The notes below the pieces were generated by a model, which saw nothing but the letters and a program-made list of their open reading frames with translations, did not search any database and had not been told where the DNA came from. From assembly GCA_964016885.1 (NCBI GenBank), contig OZ024746.1, forward strand, positions 19,406,001-19,470,000: a stretch of DNA of 64,000 bases, read 5' to 3'. Positions 26,501 to 40,280 of the stretch are shown piece by piece (positions within the stretch are counted from its first letter, which is position 1; the number at the start of each line of letters is the position of its first letter). Source of the DNA: Eledone cirrhosa (taxonomy: Eukaryota). The position numbers and the translations under genes were made by a program.

Positions 26501-27599
26501 AAAGATACCAGAATTAAATTATGAAAAAAGTAAAATGATGGTTTCTGATTTAGGCACCAGGCCAACAATTCTGGGGGAGGGGAAAGATGATTAAATCAAC
26601 TCCAGTATGTTACTGGTACTTTATCCCATAGGATGAAAGGCAAAGCTAACCTCGGTAGGAAGACTTACCTATTTCTTGTATTATAGTGTATATAAGAGTG
26701 GTGGATTGGCAGTACTGGTAGAGCATCAGACAACATGCTTTGTGGCATACAGTTACGTTCCTTTACGTTCTGAATTTCCCCTCCCCGAAAATTGTTGGCC
26801 TTGTGCCTAAATCAGAAACCATTGCAGTGTATATAGCAGGGTATACCATAAACATTTGTCCCTTCAAGCAGACACATTTGAAATAAGTAGGGATCATCTA
26901 GTTAGCTTCCACACAATTTCCCACTACATAATAATTTCTCTCACAAGGCTGAAGTTGACCCATGAGTCCAGCAAGCATACCCAAAGTGGTATTAAACTAA
27001 AAAAAAAAAAAAGTCTAGAGACTGTCTCAAGCCCAGAAGCTCATCAGGCTAGTGCTTATACAGGTTTTCGTGGTGTTAAGCAATTGAGAGTAGAAGACTT
27101 CCCCTGGACAGGACACCAGTCCATCACAAGGTTAAACCTTTAGCTATTGCTGGTAGTCATTTTTCAGATGAGTATACTGGAGCAATGTGAAATGAAGTGT
27201 TTTGCTCAAGAACACAACACACAACCGAGTCCAGGAATTGAAACTATGACATTATGATCATAAGTCCAATACACTTACCACAAGGCCACACACCTCCACT
27301 GGATTAAACCAGGGCCTCACAATTGCAAACTGGACTTCTTAACCAAGCAGCCATGCATAAATGTGTAAATATCCAGTTACACAAGAGATATCACTAAACA
27401 ATCTACACAATAAACAGTTTAAGTCAAATCAACTTGTAAAGCTCTTAACCAATCAGCAAATAAAAAACTACACAATGTAAACAGGAACTTGAAGGAATGC
27501 CAAGTATTGATTGATTGTATAGTTTGCTTGCATCAGGAACTTGTGAACCTTGTGTATATCAATGACAGAATTAGAGGAAAACAGTAGACCAACTGCAGG

Positions 27600-27822
27600 T
27601 CAGTATATTGGCAGTATTAGTAGAGTGATGGACAACATGCTTTGCAGCATTGAGTTACATACAGCCCTTTACATTCTGAGTTCAAATCCCGTTGAGGTTA
27701 ACTTTGCCTCTTATCCTTGCAGGGTTGATAAAATACAGTACCAGTAACGCACTGGAGTCAATATAATCGACTTCCCCCTCCCCAAAATTGTTGATGTTGT
27801 GCCTAAATCAGAAACCATTATT
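27600..27822 (+). mobile_element. SINE family A
   Basis: Family A match. Further plus-strand copies at ~15415-15595, ~23780-23975 and ~50872-51010. Confidence 0.8.
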
Positions 27823-30800
27823 ACCTGAACACTGAAGCAATTTCAGATAAGATTGAGTTAGAAAAAGATAAAAAGTTAGCTAAATTATAGTTGCGTTTGT
27901 ATGTATTTTAGTTTAAAATATATGAAGCAGTTCTGATAGTCTCAATATTTCTCAAGTTCAAAATGACTCTTTAGACTGAAAAGGAGGTTGTTGACTCCTG
28001 ATCTAACAAGTGAATAAAGTTATTTTAGAATTTTATCTAGAATAGACAGATGCCATTTCCAGGGAAAGATTGATCTTTCATTTACTTCATACTATGAAAC
28101 AAGCCCTTACAAAGTACATCTATATTTAGGAGGTAATTACAGATTACTGAGGTCAACTTTGCTTTCCATCCATTCAAAGTCAATAAAAAAATTACCAGTC
28201 AAGTACTGGATTCTTTCGCTATATCTCATTCTCACTTCCTTTCTCTCACTGTCTCTATCCTTCTCTGGAATAAATCGGCTGTATTCAGACCTGGAAAGGA
28301 TTGGGTTCCACTGTATATCAATACAGTGCTTCTATGACTTCCTCAGAAGTTATGGGATCATGTACACACTGATGTTGATCACAGCAAATTCAAACTTCAA
28401 ATTCCATACAAATTCAGCCATTTATTTAAAATTATTGAAAGCCTTACTATTATTTTATGCTTGACAAAAGGCAGAGTACATAGCTTAATGGGGGGGGGGG
28501 GGGGGGGGGGGCTAGTATTTGAACAAATTAATGATTTTTGCCTTTTCACAAGAAAAGACAATTGGAATATTTTCAACAATAATATTTGTAGAAATGAAAG
28601 TAGAAAACTGTTTAAGAAAATGTCAACAGAAAGATTACAGTGGTCATAATTTCTTTATTGGCCATTAACAGAGATAATAACAATAATAATGTAGTCATTA
28701 AAATATAAAAAATAATGAATTTTCTGGTTGTAAAAATATATATATTAAGTTTGTCTAATATCTAACACCTTTAATTATTTTGTAAACAGCTCAGAGAACA
28801 ATGAGAGATTTAGGTATGGATAAGTATGTCATAAGAGCTAGTTTCATAGATGAAGACACTAGATCACAGAGTAACAACTTATAACTAAATCAGTAAATAT
28901 AATGGTACAGATCAATGAACATTTAATGAGGAACAAAATCCAATTAATGGCAACGAAAATATTTAAGAAGAGAAACAGTTAATTTAAGGAAGATAGCAAA
29001 TAAGTTGTTTGTTCTGTCATTTATGTGTGATTTATTCCATACCTCATTTACAATCATTCTTTTTTTCTCTTTTAACCCATAACTCCTGATGGAGTCATAG
29101 GAATGCCGTATTGACATAAAGCATTTCTTGGGCACTTTTAAACCTAACGGAGCCCATCTCTTTTCGAGGTCTGAATACAGTAGATTTCTTCCAGAGAAGT
29201 ATAGAGAGAGAGAATGGAAGTGAAAATGAGATATAGAGGAAGAAACGACCCCACTACAATGTCGATATTAGGGGGCTCTTTAAACAGGTTGTGTTATATG
29301 AATGAAACCATCAGATTTACATTGTCTTTGGAGAAAACATTTACAATGAGAAAACTCTTTAAACTATCGCCTCAACAGTGTAAATAGAATATTAGTATCA
29401 CAACTGACGGTGGAGAAGAGGGAAAGCAACAGCATTTGTTAAATACTTCTATAAATTCCATTTACAAATACACATACTGACACACACACATGCACATATG
29501 AAAGCATACACACACACATACACATGAAAGCATACATATACATATGAAAGCATACACATACATATGAAAACACACGCACATACACACAACAGTCTTTGTT
29601 TTAACAAATAGGAACTTTCATTCCAAGAAGTTTCTGGCACCAGAGAGCAAACACAAGTCTGTCAGTGTTAGTTAATATTTGAATAAACATAGCCAGAACT
29701 GTATGTCAATAACAACTGAACAACAAAGGTATTTTCCAGCCTGAAGAAGTGTTCCCACACATACATACACTTATTAGGGACAGAAACACATCAGTCACAC
29801 AGCCAATGTGATGTTTTATAAGAAGATGGAAGATATTGTACAGTTTGATATGGTATTTAATCAATATACAACCACAATCACTAACGCATTGATAAAAAGT
29901 GATTCCAACACATACAACACTTTATGGTAGACAATAACACTCTTCACTAGACATTAACATATGAATTCTATCTACTACAGCTATATAAGTGAGATGCAGA
30001 TCCCAGGCCTTTCTATGAGATCATTAGCCCTGCTTCAGTACTAACTAGATCTATGTACCTATGTAGACCCGTCCAACCCTTGCTAGTAGGGAAAGCAGAC
30101 GTTACAACAATGATGATGACAGCTATATAGAAAACTTTTCTCTAATATTACTCACACATCAATATCAAAATATCAAAACAGTCTTCACTCACTAGAAAAG
30201 CGTTCAGTAAACCCTTTTAACAAGACTGAATTTAATTTTGCAGACTTCAACAACTTCAAAAATTCAAACCACAATACATATGCAGAATAATACAGTTACA
30301 TCCAAGCAAAATATTCTAAATGGCTGCGTGTAAAATACAATGTGAAATAACTAAGTGAATAAAGACAAGAAAGATCCTCAGATCCTTAAATGCAACACAT
30401 AACAGCCACACAACAACAACAGCAACACACAGCATACAACATACAACTAAATATCAAGAAATTCAACCAGAAAATAAAATGTAGAGAGAAACAAAACAGT
30501 AGTACACGTTACATGTAAATTATGAAACAGCAGGGAACAAGAGAAAGTGTAACAATGGTAACAGTAAGTCACATGTCACAATAACAATATCAGACAATAT
30601 ACCCAAATATCAATAACAAACAATACTTTCAGAAAACAGTTCTCACAAATCAGTCATTAAAAACTTCACATGAAAGTAAAAGTGCAAACTGCACCATAAG
30701 CATGTTCTTCTCAGCCCCACATCCTTTATTGCAAAACATCACTAAGGAAGCAATTACAAGGTCCAAAATATCACAAGTTCAACACTATATTACACATATA

Positions 30801-30902
30801 TCTTATATATATCTTAAGCTCAACAATATACCATATGTATATCTTATGTGTATCTTATACATATCACATGCTCAACAATATACCATATGTATATCTTATA
30901 TA

Positions 30903-32188
30903 CAGGGTGTGGACGATATTTATTCGCAATTTTCAACTGCTAATTTTATGCAAATTTTTTTTACTTCCGTTGTCACTCTTGTCTTCATAAAAACAGTGAC
31001 TATATTTCCATTATTTATTTTCAGAATAATTGATTATGAATAATTTTGAACCTCCAAATTTGTGGAAGAGACACGGAGTTCTTCTTGGAATCTGAGGAAA
31101 TTTCAGACTTTCTCAGCGTCAGCAGGAGAATGGTGGAAAGGGTCAGAAAGGAATTGGAAGATTCAGGATTCTACTACGAAGCAACATCAGCGAGGAAAAC
31201 ACATGATCGACGATCTGACACCCTCAGAATGCCCGAGTTCGTCGCTGAAGTTCAGGATCATCAACAATGAACCTAGCAAGTCGATGCGTGCCATTGCAAG
31301 GGAGAAAGGCATGGATGAAAAGCTCATTAGGCTGGTGGTACATGAAGACATTCGCTACGTTTCATACAAGATGAGGAAAGGACAATTTCTGTCAAAGGCG
31401 ATGCAAGAAAAGCGACTGAAACACGCAAAGAAGCTGATCAACAAGTTGAAACACCCACTGGAGCCAGACATGCTGTGGTTTTTCTCCGACAGGAAAAACT
31501 TCTGCCAAGACCAGATGATAAACTCCCAGAACAACAGGTGGCTCGCTGTCTCATCAAAGACGTGCCCAGACTCATGCAGACAAAGTTTCCAGCGACAACA
31601 TTGGTCTTAGGTGTCGTCAGCAGTCAAGGTGACATCATGCCACCTCACTTCTTCCCTGAGGGCCTCAAGCTGAACACCGATGGCTACATCCGCGTTCTGA
31701 GCTAGGTAGTAAAGCCCTGGATCGACCAGGTAGCTGCAGGTAGGCTGTACGTGTGGCAGCAAGACTCAGCGCCCTGCCATACCAGCCGAAAGACCCAAGC
31801 CTGGCTGTCAGAGAACTTCTTCGACCATACTTCACCTGACATCTGGCCTTCCAGCTCGCCTGACTGCAACCTCCTCGACTTCTTTTGTGGGGCGCAGTGG
31901 AATGAGACACCAACAGATCTAGCTGCAATACGAAAGATGATCTGAAGGCCAGGATCACAAGTGCCTTTAGGGGCCTAAGTCGGGGGACAGTGACGAAGGC
32001 CTGTAGCCGGTTCCGAGGCCGCCTTGAGGCCGTCATCAAAGCCAATGGCGGGTTTATCGAATGAGATCGAAAGAACAAGTCATGAAGACAAACTGACCCA
32101 AGTTTGATAAATATATCTTAAAAAATAAAACTACTGTGTTATTTTTTCCTAGACAGTAATCTTGCGAACAAATATCGTCCGCACCCTG
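30903..32188 (+). mobile_element. Full-length Tc1/mariner-superfamily transposon, DD37D (maT) type
   Basis: 27-bp TIRs with 2 mismatches (CAGGGTGTGGACGATATTTATTCGCAA and its complement ending at 32188). TA on both sides (30901-02, 32189-90). Internal transposase remnants. Confidence 0.95.
31046..32063 (+). pseudogene. Disrupted DD37D transposase
   Basis: Consecutive ORF pieces give an HTH-like segment (SMRAIAREKG), WFFSDRKNF, LGVVSSQGDIMPPHFF and WQQDSAPCH...WPSSSPDCNLLDF, with 37 residues between the second and third Asp. About 3 frameshifts and an in-frame TAG at 31703. Confidence 0.92.
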
Positions 32189-33496
32189 TATATCACAAGC
32201 CCAACAGTATACAATATACATATCTTATATATATCACAAGCCTAACAATATATCATAGGTACATCTTATATATACTTGGAATTCAGAGGAATCTTAACAT
32301 TCAGAAACATCTTTGACTTATTTTGCCAACATAAATGAAAACAGAATAGAGCCAAGGGCAGCTTTGTTCATGGTCAATTTTATGTAGGCTGCTCAAGAAT
32401 TGGAAACCCTGCAAATCTATTTATTTATGACACCCTAATAAAACCTGAAATATTGTTCATTCTGTGGTGCTGCCATGGCAAAGGAACTGCATATCTCTAA
32501 ACTTAACAATCTAGAACTGGATATATCTAAACTCAATATAATCTAGATAAAAATTGGAGAACATATTCTGTTTTTCATATTTGCCACCATTAAGGCAAAC
32601 GTGTCAATTCTGGTCTAAATATCTCACAAGGACAAAATTTACATCAGAAAATAATTCAACATTTTTCATTAACCCTTTTGTATTTACATTACTCTATATC
32701 TATTATTGCATTATCTCATATAATCTCAAATCTACCAAGATTTTTATGATGTTATTGTTTATTTTGAGAATCATATTTTAACACTGGTATGACTGGCTAG
32801 TTACAACCAATTTGAATAGAAAAGGAGGAGAGAATTTTGGCCAGATATGGTCAGTTTAAATGCTAATGGGTTAATACTTGTGACATGCAATAATGATGCC
32901 TATAACTATTTGAAAACTGGTACAGTGATCCCCACGACCCTCTCAGGAAAAAGTGGAAAAATTGAAAAATGGACAATCTTTTAGAATAAATGCAGAAATG
33001 AACTGCAAAACAGAAAATCTAATATATTGTTTGTCTTGGCAGCAAAGAGAATTATATTGGTCAGACTAGCAACTCTTTGAGTCAATGAGTCAGAGTACAT
33101 AAACAACAGATACAGAAACTGGAATTATGGAAAATCCCACTCAGCGAACCCTTAGAAATTTGTGGGGACAGCAAATTCAAAATATTCCCTTTTTATAAAT
33201 AAATATTCAAAAGGTACTGACTAGAAATGGAGAAATATTTTATAAAGTAATTCACTCCAAAACTAAAGCTAAACTTAAAGAGATGTGAAATACATATAAG
33301 GTACTTCTGGTTTGACTACCATTTTAATAACTAAACTTATATCTTCATAAGTCTCATGAAAGATGAAAGTGCTAGATTCAAATTATAAACAATGTTTTAT
33401 TATTATATATTTTTTTATCCAAGTGATAAACATTGTGTTATTACTTTTGACAATATACATTCATATATGCATACATATATATAATAACCCATAACT

Positions 33497-33552
<56 letters not shown>

Positions 33553-34029
33553 CACATACATATATACATACATACACACACACACACACATTTATATATA
33601 TATAAATACACATGTGGGTATGTGTATGTCAGTAACTGCAAACGTCATATCAACACTGTTTATAAAAAAAAATAACAGCAGTGACAGTTGTTCATACACT
33701 CCATAAACAATACAACTTGCGAAGTAGCATTTCAAGGAATGTTAGAGAAGTATGTATGACATACTTAGAATATGGTTATGGGCTTGTATCAGTAAATTAA
33801 AACGATGATGATGATCATATCATATTTCCACCCCATCCTCACCCACCCCACAAAAATCTTTCATTTCATTTATGTTACATTTACAGAATGTGAAGACATT
33901 TCAAGTAAGATGAGTCAACTGTCTCAAAGACAGTAAAAGAAACTAAAAGGTTTATCTTCTTTTTTATAATGTATTCCTTCTCAGACCCTATAAACTTGCC
34001 AAATCTAGTTGCCATTAACAATAATTTGT

Positions 34030-34460
34030 TCAAACTAACCTCACTTAGCTATATTACCAAAGTCTGGGCTGCAATGAACAAAATGGAAAGGATATGGAAG
34101 TCAGATCTACTCAGAAAAATCAAAATATCATTCTTCAGAACATTTGTTGAGTCAGTGTTGTATGGATCAGATACATGGAACCTGACACAAGCACTTGAGT
34201 CAGTGTTGTTGTATGGATCAAGTACATGGAACCTGACACAAGCACTTGAGAAGAAACTAGATGGTACATATACTAAAATGCTGAAGGTTGTACAAAACAT
34301 AAACTGGTATCAAATGTATTACAAATGAAAGTTTATATGGAAACTTGCCCAAGATAACAACTACAATTGCTGAAAGATGGTTAGGATTTGGAGAACATTG
34401 CTGGAGAAGTATGCAGGAAGTTATAAATAAGTTATTATTGTGGGAATCAACTCACAGAGA
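34030..34460 (+). mobile_element. RTE-like LINE fragment with an internal ~50-bp tandem duplication
   Basis: KIKISFFRTFVESVLYGSDTWNLT occurs twice, followed by KLDGTYTKMLK. Confidence 0.75.
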
Positions 34461-34838
34461 CATAGCAGATTTAAACCCGCTCTGAGGAGAGTGACCACCA
34501 ATATGACTGTCTGAGTCAGAAGTCATTTACTGTAGACAAAAAGTGTATTAATAGCATAACCATAATTATGTTGTGCGTGTGAGGGGGGGGGGGGGGCAGT
34601 CACGTGGCTGTTGTTCTTTTGTTTTTTTTGTCAGACATGCAGGTGTTTTAAGGGGCCTGGTTGTTCCATTATGTAGTGAGAATGGATGTAGGAGGAGGGT
34701 GAAACTCTGTGGATATATGATAAATACTACAATTGAATGAGAGGTATTACATGTTCAATCCTGAGCAAAATATGTGTTGAGAGAAAATGTTTTGAATTCA
34801 GCATATCACATAATAGTTATTTATATTTTAGTACTCAC

Positions 34839-35049
34839 CATACATTTTCCCTTCATCTGACAAAATTATTTTTCTTCGTCCACAAGGAGGGTAAATAGCC
34901 AAAGCTTCCTGAAAACTTTGTTCGATGTCAGGACTCCACACACCTTCTGCATCATTTGATAAATCTTCCGATGCATTGTCGGAGTTATTGTTGTTTGTGG
35001 CTGGATTACTTGCATTGCTCTCCCCGCTGTGGTTCCAGCTGGTTGACAT
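34839..35049 (-). CDS. TEAD: Coding exon of a TEAD/TEF-1/Scalloped transcription factor (N-terminus and start of the TEA DNA-binding domain)
   Basis: The translation contains [39 protein letters not shown], the hallmark start of the TEA domain. Acceptor tatttttcAG is at 35054-35053 (exon starts 35052, AAT ATG). Donor G|GTGAGT is at 34838-34833, phase 1 in the Gly codon, where TEAD genes have an intron. The ORF-track ending EY* is intron read-through. Other exons were not located. Confidence 0.96.
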
Positions 35050-36639
35050 ATTCTGAAAAATACATTTTCAGCAAAATTTGTAATTTAATATATTTCAGAT
35101 TAAAAGTATTAATTAATAATCTTATTAGAGAATGTTATTCAGTGCTTCTTGCACATTAGAAAAAAGAAAAAACAACAACTTTATATAATATTTGTCAATA
35201 TAAGTCAAGAGTCAAAGATGTTGTGTAGAAGATTAAACACTGAAATAAATAGGTTCTAGTCATGAAATATCCAAAATTAAGTGAATATTAATATATCAAA
35301 CATAGATTTTGGAGGACCCTTCAGTTGATCAACGCACCAAGTACATGCTGTAAAGTGGTTGGTGATAAGAAGGGCATCCAATCATAGAAAGCTTGGCAAA
35401 CAAAGGTTTGGGAGGACCATTCAGTTTGTCTCAAAAGTCTCAATAAATTCTCCTCTGCCCTCAATATAACCATATGTAAGTGAGATAACAGACCCCTAGC
35501 CTGTCTGTGAGACCAGCAGCCCTGCTTCAGTACTGACTTTGTCTATGAAGACCTGTCCAACCCTTGCTAGTAGGAGAAGACATTTAAACAATGATGATGA
35601 AGCTGTAAATGACACATAATTAATGCTTTTAATAGCAACCCTCCTGTACTAAATTACAATCTCATACCATGAATAATATTGTTAGGTTTCAGTTTCTCAA
35701 CACCAACTTAACATGTAGTTAGATGTCAACAAACATTGTGTATACCTAGCTGATCTCTTGGACCTTTACGAAGCGCTGAAGGGATAATGTTAATATAAAG
35801 AGTGGTGTGCTCATACATGGATATTCTAAAAATAGCTTATAAAATACAATGAAGAACCTTAAAGATTGGAAAAAGTTGCCATCAGCCGCTATGAGGAATC
35901 AAACTCCATATTTCCCAGATACTGACTAGGTGCTTTAAACCATTAATCCAAAGGTCGGTGACAACTCTTACCACCTTAAATTAGATAGTTTAATCACAGC
36001 TTTTAAATATCAACAAATATTGTGTATATGTAGCCAATCTCTTGGATTTTTACCTAAATGATGAGAGGAGAAAATTTTTATAAAAACAAAGCTAACCTCT
36101 GCGAGATTTGAACTCTGTACATAACTACATACCACAAAGCATGGTTTTGATGCTCGGCCGATACTGCCAATCCACTGGCTAAGATCAAAGTGACAAATGT
36201 CAATATAATATAATGCTTTTTACGCGCGCACACACACACAGACAGACATGGAGTGAAGAATATATTCCTTCCTTTTTGGAGTTACAACAAAGTGAGAATT
36301 CTTGTTTTTTTTTTTTTACCAAGCCGATCAAAGCCGGCTCTGATTCTATGAAATAAAGTCACCCATTTTAAAGGTTTCCAATTTAAATAAAATCTTCCAA
36401 CATAATTTTATATAAGAACCTTACATTAAGTTACTATCTGAGTAATGAAATAATTAATAATTTTAGTAAATCCTTCAAAATTCTTCATTAATTAATTGAA
36501 ACAGTATATTTCATTATAAATATGGTCATGAAAGGGTTAAAGTGTGACAAACCAGATTACTGAGTTGTAGTAAAATGACTTAAAAACGACTTTTGCTTTT
36601 TCACTCTCAACAAAGTGCTTATATTTATTTCAATATATA

Positions 36640-36861
36640 CCGTATATATATTAAAATATATCCACTCCCCACAAAAAATATGGCAAAATGAGGTGTGTGT
36701 GTGTGGGGGGGGGGGGGGGGGGGCTTAAATACACCATCTAAACACTGTGTTGATTAGCTACTTCAGTTTATAAATGGGATTTTGATTTTTACCCATTTCT
36801 CAGGCATAAAATAGAGGTGGTCGGCTTATATTTAGATCAGATTATATTCCAGTATATACGG
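36640..36861. mobile_element. Tc1/pogo-type MITE with CCGTATATA..TATATACGG ends
   Basis: Degenerate TIRs. A related copy is at 40759-40924 (GGCTTATATTCGAGTATATA). Confidence 0.5.
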
Positions 36862-38571
36862 TTATTTCTTCATACAAGTATTTAACAAGAATAATTTTTT
36901 TCTGTTTATTAATTTAAATAGACATTGGATTTAATCCCGATCAATTTTTAATAACTGATAAGTTTCAGAAAGCCGGTACAATGTCGTAGAAATATACGAA
37001 GGACAAAGGATGCCCAAAGTGTATGACATAATTTATATCTAATCTATATGATAAAATTAACTTTAGATGTCAGTACATACTAATTTACTTTCTTATGCAT
37101 GTATAGGAATGAAGAGAATAGATTTTTTTTTAAATATGAAAATATCGTCTCTATTTTGTGTTTCTGGTTCACAGATAGGGTTACATGCTTCTTCTTGAGA
37201 TTATTACATCTCTCTTGAAGCCATGATGTAAAATATAAGGCTGATGCTTAGTCATTGAAATATCAAAGAGGCAAGACAACACATGCCATGTAGTGTTGTG
37301 TGTGGTGCTTATCACAGTGTGCATTCTACTATCATGCTGAACCTACTAGTCTGCCATAAATATTATTAAAAAAAAAACTGACAAATTTTAGGTTAATTTT
37401 AGGTTGAAAAAACCAATTATGACCAGATTATATAATGATTCTGTGAGAAGAGACTTATAAAGATAATCAGTTGATAAACTTTCAACAAATTCTCACCTCA
37501 AAAAATATGTGGCTTAGTGGTTAGAGAATTGTATTCACAGTTGTGAGTTTGATTCCCAGACCAAGTGATGTGTTGTCTTTGTGCAAGATACTTTATTTCA
37601 AATTGATCTTTCGGCCAGGAGATATGACCTATAGATAGTATCAGCAATGAAAAGACCAATAGAAACATTGTTTCCTTGGTCTGATCTGATGAATTCCAAC
37701 CCACTCGATAAGCGAATGAGGTCTAGGATCTTGTTGATTGACCTCCGTCCCACTCCCCCATATTTAAGAGAAGTGTAAAAGTGAATAAAAAAGACTAAGT
37801 CAGAGATACATTATATAGATTGAGTGGAAATAAACTCCTTATTTAAAATTTTTGGTTGATTTTCATAAAACATATTTATTTTGAACAGTATAATGGTAGA
37901 AGTACAGTGTTAAAATTCTACCTAGGTACCAGTGTTTGTAATCATCTGGATATATCCTCAACTGACTTCATCAGGAACTCAGGTGGTATATTGGTCAGTA
38001 AATGATAAATGTGTTCCTCCAAATGAGTTAGAACTATAAACTTTTTTCTTTCACCCATATCCACAGGAAAAAAGAAATGGCATAAAGTAAGGGTTTCTTG
38101 CTGGCCATTCATGTGGACCTCGACAACCCAGCCAACATCCTAAAAATTGGACATTAAGTCATACAGAGTGAGGAGGGACCCCATCTTGTATGAATATGAG
38201 GTCATTGATGTTGTCCTAAGTGGTCACAGTAGGCCAAAAGCTATGAGTAATTACAAGGATTTTCTTTCCACCCAGCCTATAAATAGAAGCAAACAGGAAG
38301 AGGAGTGGTAAAGTAATAAGCTTGGTAACTAGCAGGGAGGTGTGGAGTGTTAGAAAGGAAGAGAGTATAATAGAATGTTTACTGATGAAATATTGGTCAC
38401 CTTTGATCTTTATTCCTATTATCCCACCATCCATTAAGTACATATCATTGCATAAGTGCATGTGATGTGTATGGTGCCATCTCAGAGTCACTGTCACAAT
38501 ATTTTATAACAGGGGACAGAAAAAAATTAGTTTTACATTGTGATTTTTGATTATATTATTGAATAAGCTAA

Positions 38572-38620
<49 letters not shown>

Positions 38621-39044
38621 CATCACAGTTTTACGTCCGTTCTTCCACGTTAGCATGGGTTAGATGGGTTGTCCTGTTATGGGTAGTGTCCGGTCGGCTG
38701 ACCTTGTCTTGTCCATACGGGAACTGATTCTGGCTCGATTTCTACAGCTGGATGCCCTTCCTAACACCAACCTCATTTTACAGTGAGTACTGAGTGCTTT
38801 TTTTTCCATGGCCCCTACACGTCCACTTTATAGTGTGGGCTGGGTGCTTTTTTTGCCGTGGAATGATAGGGACTCCAGTCCTATCATCTCATTTCTACAA
38901 CAATGCGAAATAAAGTGTCTTGCTCAAGGAAACAACACATCACCGGTCCAAGAATTGAACTCACAACCTTTCGATTGCAAGCCCAATGCTCTAACCACTA
39001 AGCCATGCGCCTTCACCATATATATATATATATATATATATATA

Positions 39045-39291
39045 TCTGTGTCACAGAGGAGACTGAGGTTAGCTGGACATGCTCACCGACATCCAGAGTT
39101 GACATTGCACTCAGTGCTCCTGTGGGAGCCCCTACATGGACACACTGGAAGAGGAAGACCAAGGTTAACGTATGTTGATGCCCTAAGGACAGACACTGGT
39201 CTGTTGGAGACACAAGACATGGCAGCGATAATGAGGGACAGAGACCGCTGGAGAGAACTCATCCATGGATCTCGGGAATTTTACCCGCCCT

Positions 39292-39293
<2 letters not shown>
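39045..39293 (+). mobile_element. RTE-like LINE 3' end between (TA)n tracts
   Basis: RRLRLAGHAHRHPE..LLWEP..GRGRPRLTYVD. A near-identical inverted copy is at 48387-48652. Confidence 0.8.
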
Positions 39294-39325
<32 letters not shown>

Positions 39326-39719
39326 CTCTGATCTAGTGATCTTAGTGGTTCACATACGAGGAAGAACTCTCTATTTTATAATAGAGTATGAGCATGTTCG
39401 TCTCCGAGCCTGACTTGTCTCGTAATGTGACAACCTGTTTAACCCATGCAAGCGTGGAAAAAAACCAACGTTTGATGATGATGGTGGTAATGAATAAATA
39501 AATTGATTTATTCATTTTCTCACAACATAACCATGATACTTTTAGAAAAGCAAGAGTTTTCAGTGTAGTTAATGGAGTATTCAATCAGTAAATGTTAAAT
39601 ATATATATGTAGGCTAACAGAGAAAGCAGACTTCATATATGAGGTACACAGGAGTAGTCAACAGTAGGGATATTCAGGAAATAAATGCTCTCAAATGCTC
39701 ACTAGAAGTAATAGATAAC

Positions 39720-40280
39720 TTTTGTTATTGAGGTGACCTCATTACCAGTGGAGGTGGATGTACCGAGAGTGTTGTAACAGGAGTGAGAATAGGATGGAAG
39801 AAGTTGAGAGAGCTGTTAACAAAGCAACAAAGGATTTCTCTTTCAGAATGAAGGACAGATTATATGAAGCATGTGTTCAAACTGCTATGCTAGCCAGTGA
39901 GACATGGGTCTTAAGTGCAGAAGATCTGAGGAGGCTAAAAAGAAATGAAGCACGTATACTTTGCTGGATGTGTAATGTTAGTGTATATGAATGACAGAGC
40001 ATGAGTGAACTGAGATAAAGGTTGAATATAAGAGAAATCAAATGTAGGTTGTAAGAGAGACAATTGCACTGATGTGGGCATGTGATGTGTAAAGAGAGTG
40101 AGAGTTGTACTAAAAAAAAATGCAGGTTGCTTGAAGTAGATAGAACCTGTGCTAGAGGGAGGCCAAGGAAGATATGGGATGAAGTCGTGGTGAATCACAC
40201 CTAAGAAACTGAATCTCATGAAGAAGATAACATTGGATTGATCATGTGGTGATATGCCATAATACAAAAAATCCGCTCCT
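39720..40280 (+). mobile_element. RTE-clade LINE fragment
   Basis: RLYEACVQTAMLASETW..LRRLKRNEARILCWMC, followed by a GRPRK-like remnant. Confidence 0.75.

Noticed and set aside
29732-29805. CTGAAGA..TGTTCCC/GGGACA..GAAAC..GTC
   Set aside because: The core and stem II are plausible but stem I does not pair. It may be an old relic, so it was not called.
31665-32078. 137-aa minus-strand ORF
   Set aside because: It is the antisense shadow of the transposase pseudogene.
32669-32874. TTAACCC...GGGTTAA piggyBac-like MITE
   Set aside because: Only ~7 bp of terminal symmetry are visible, which is insufficient without other full copies.
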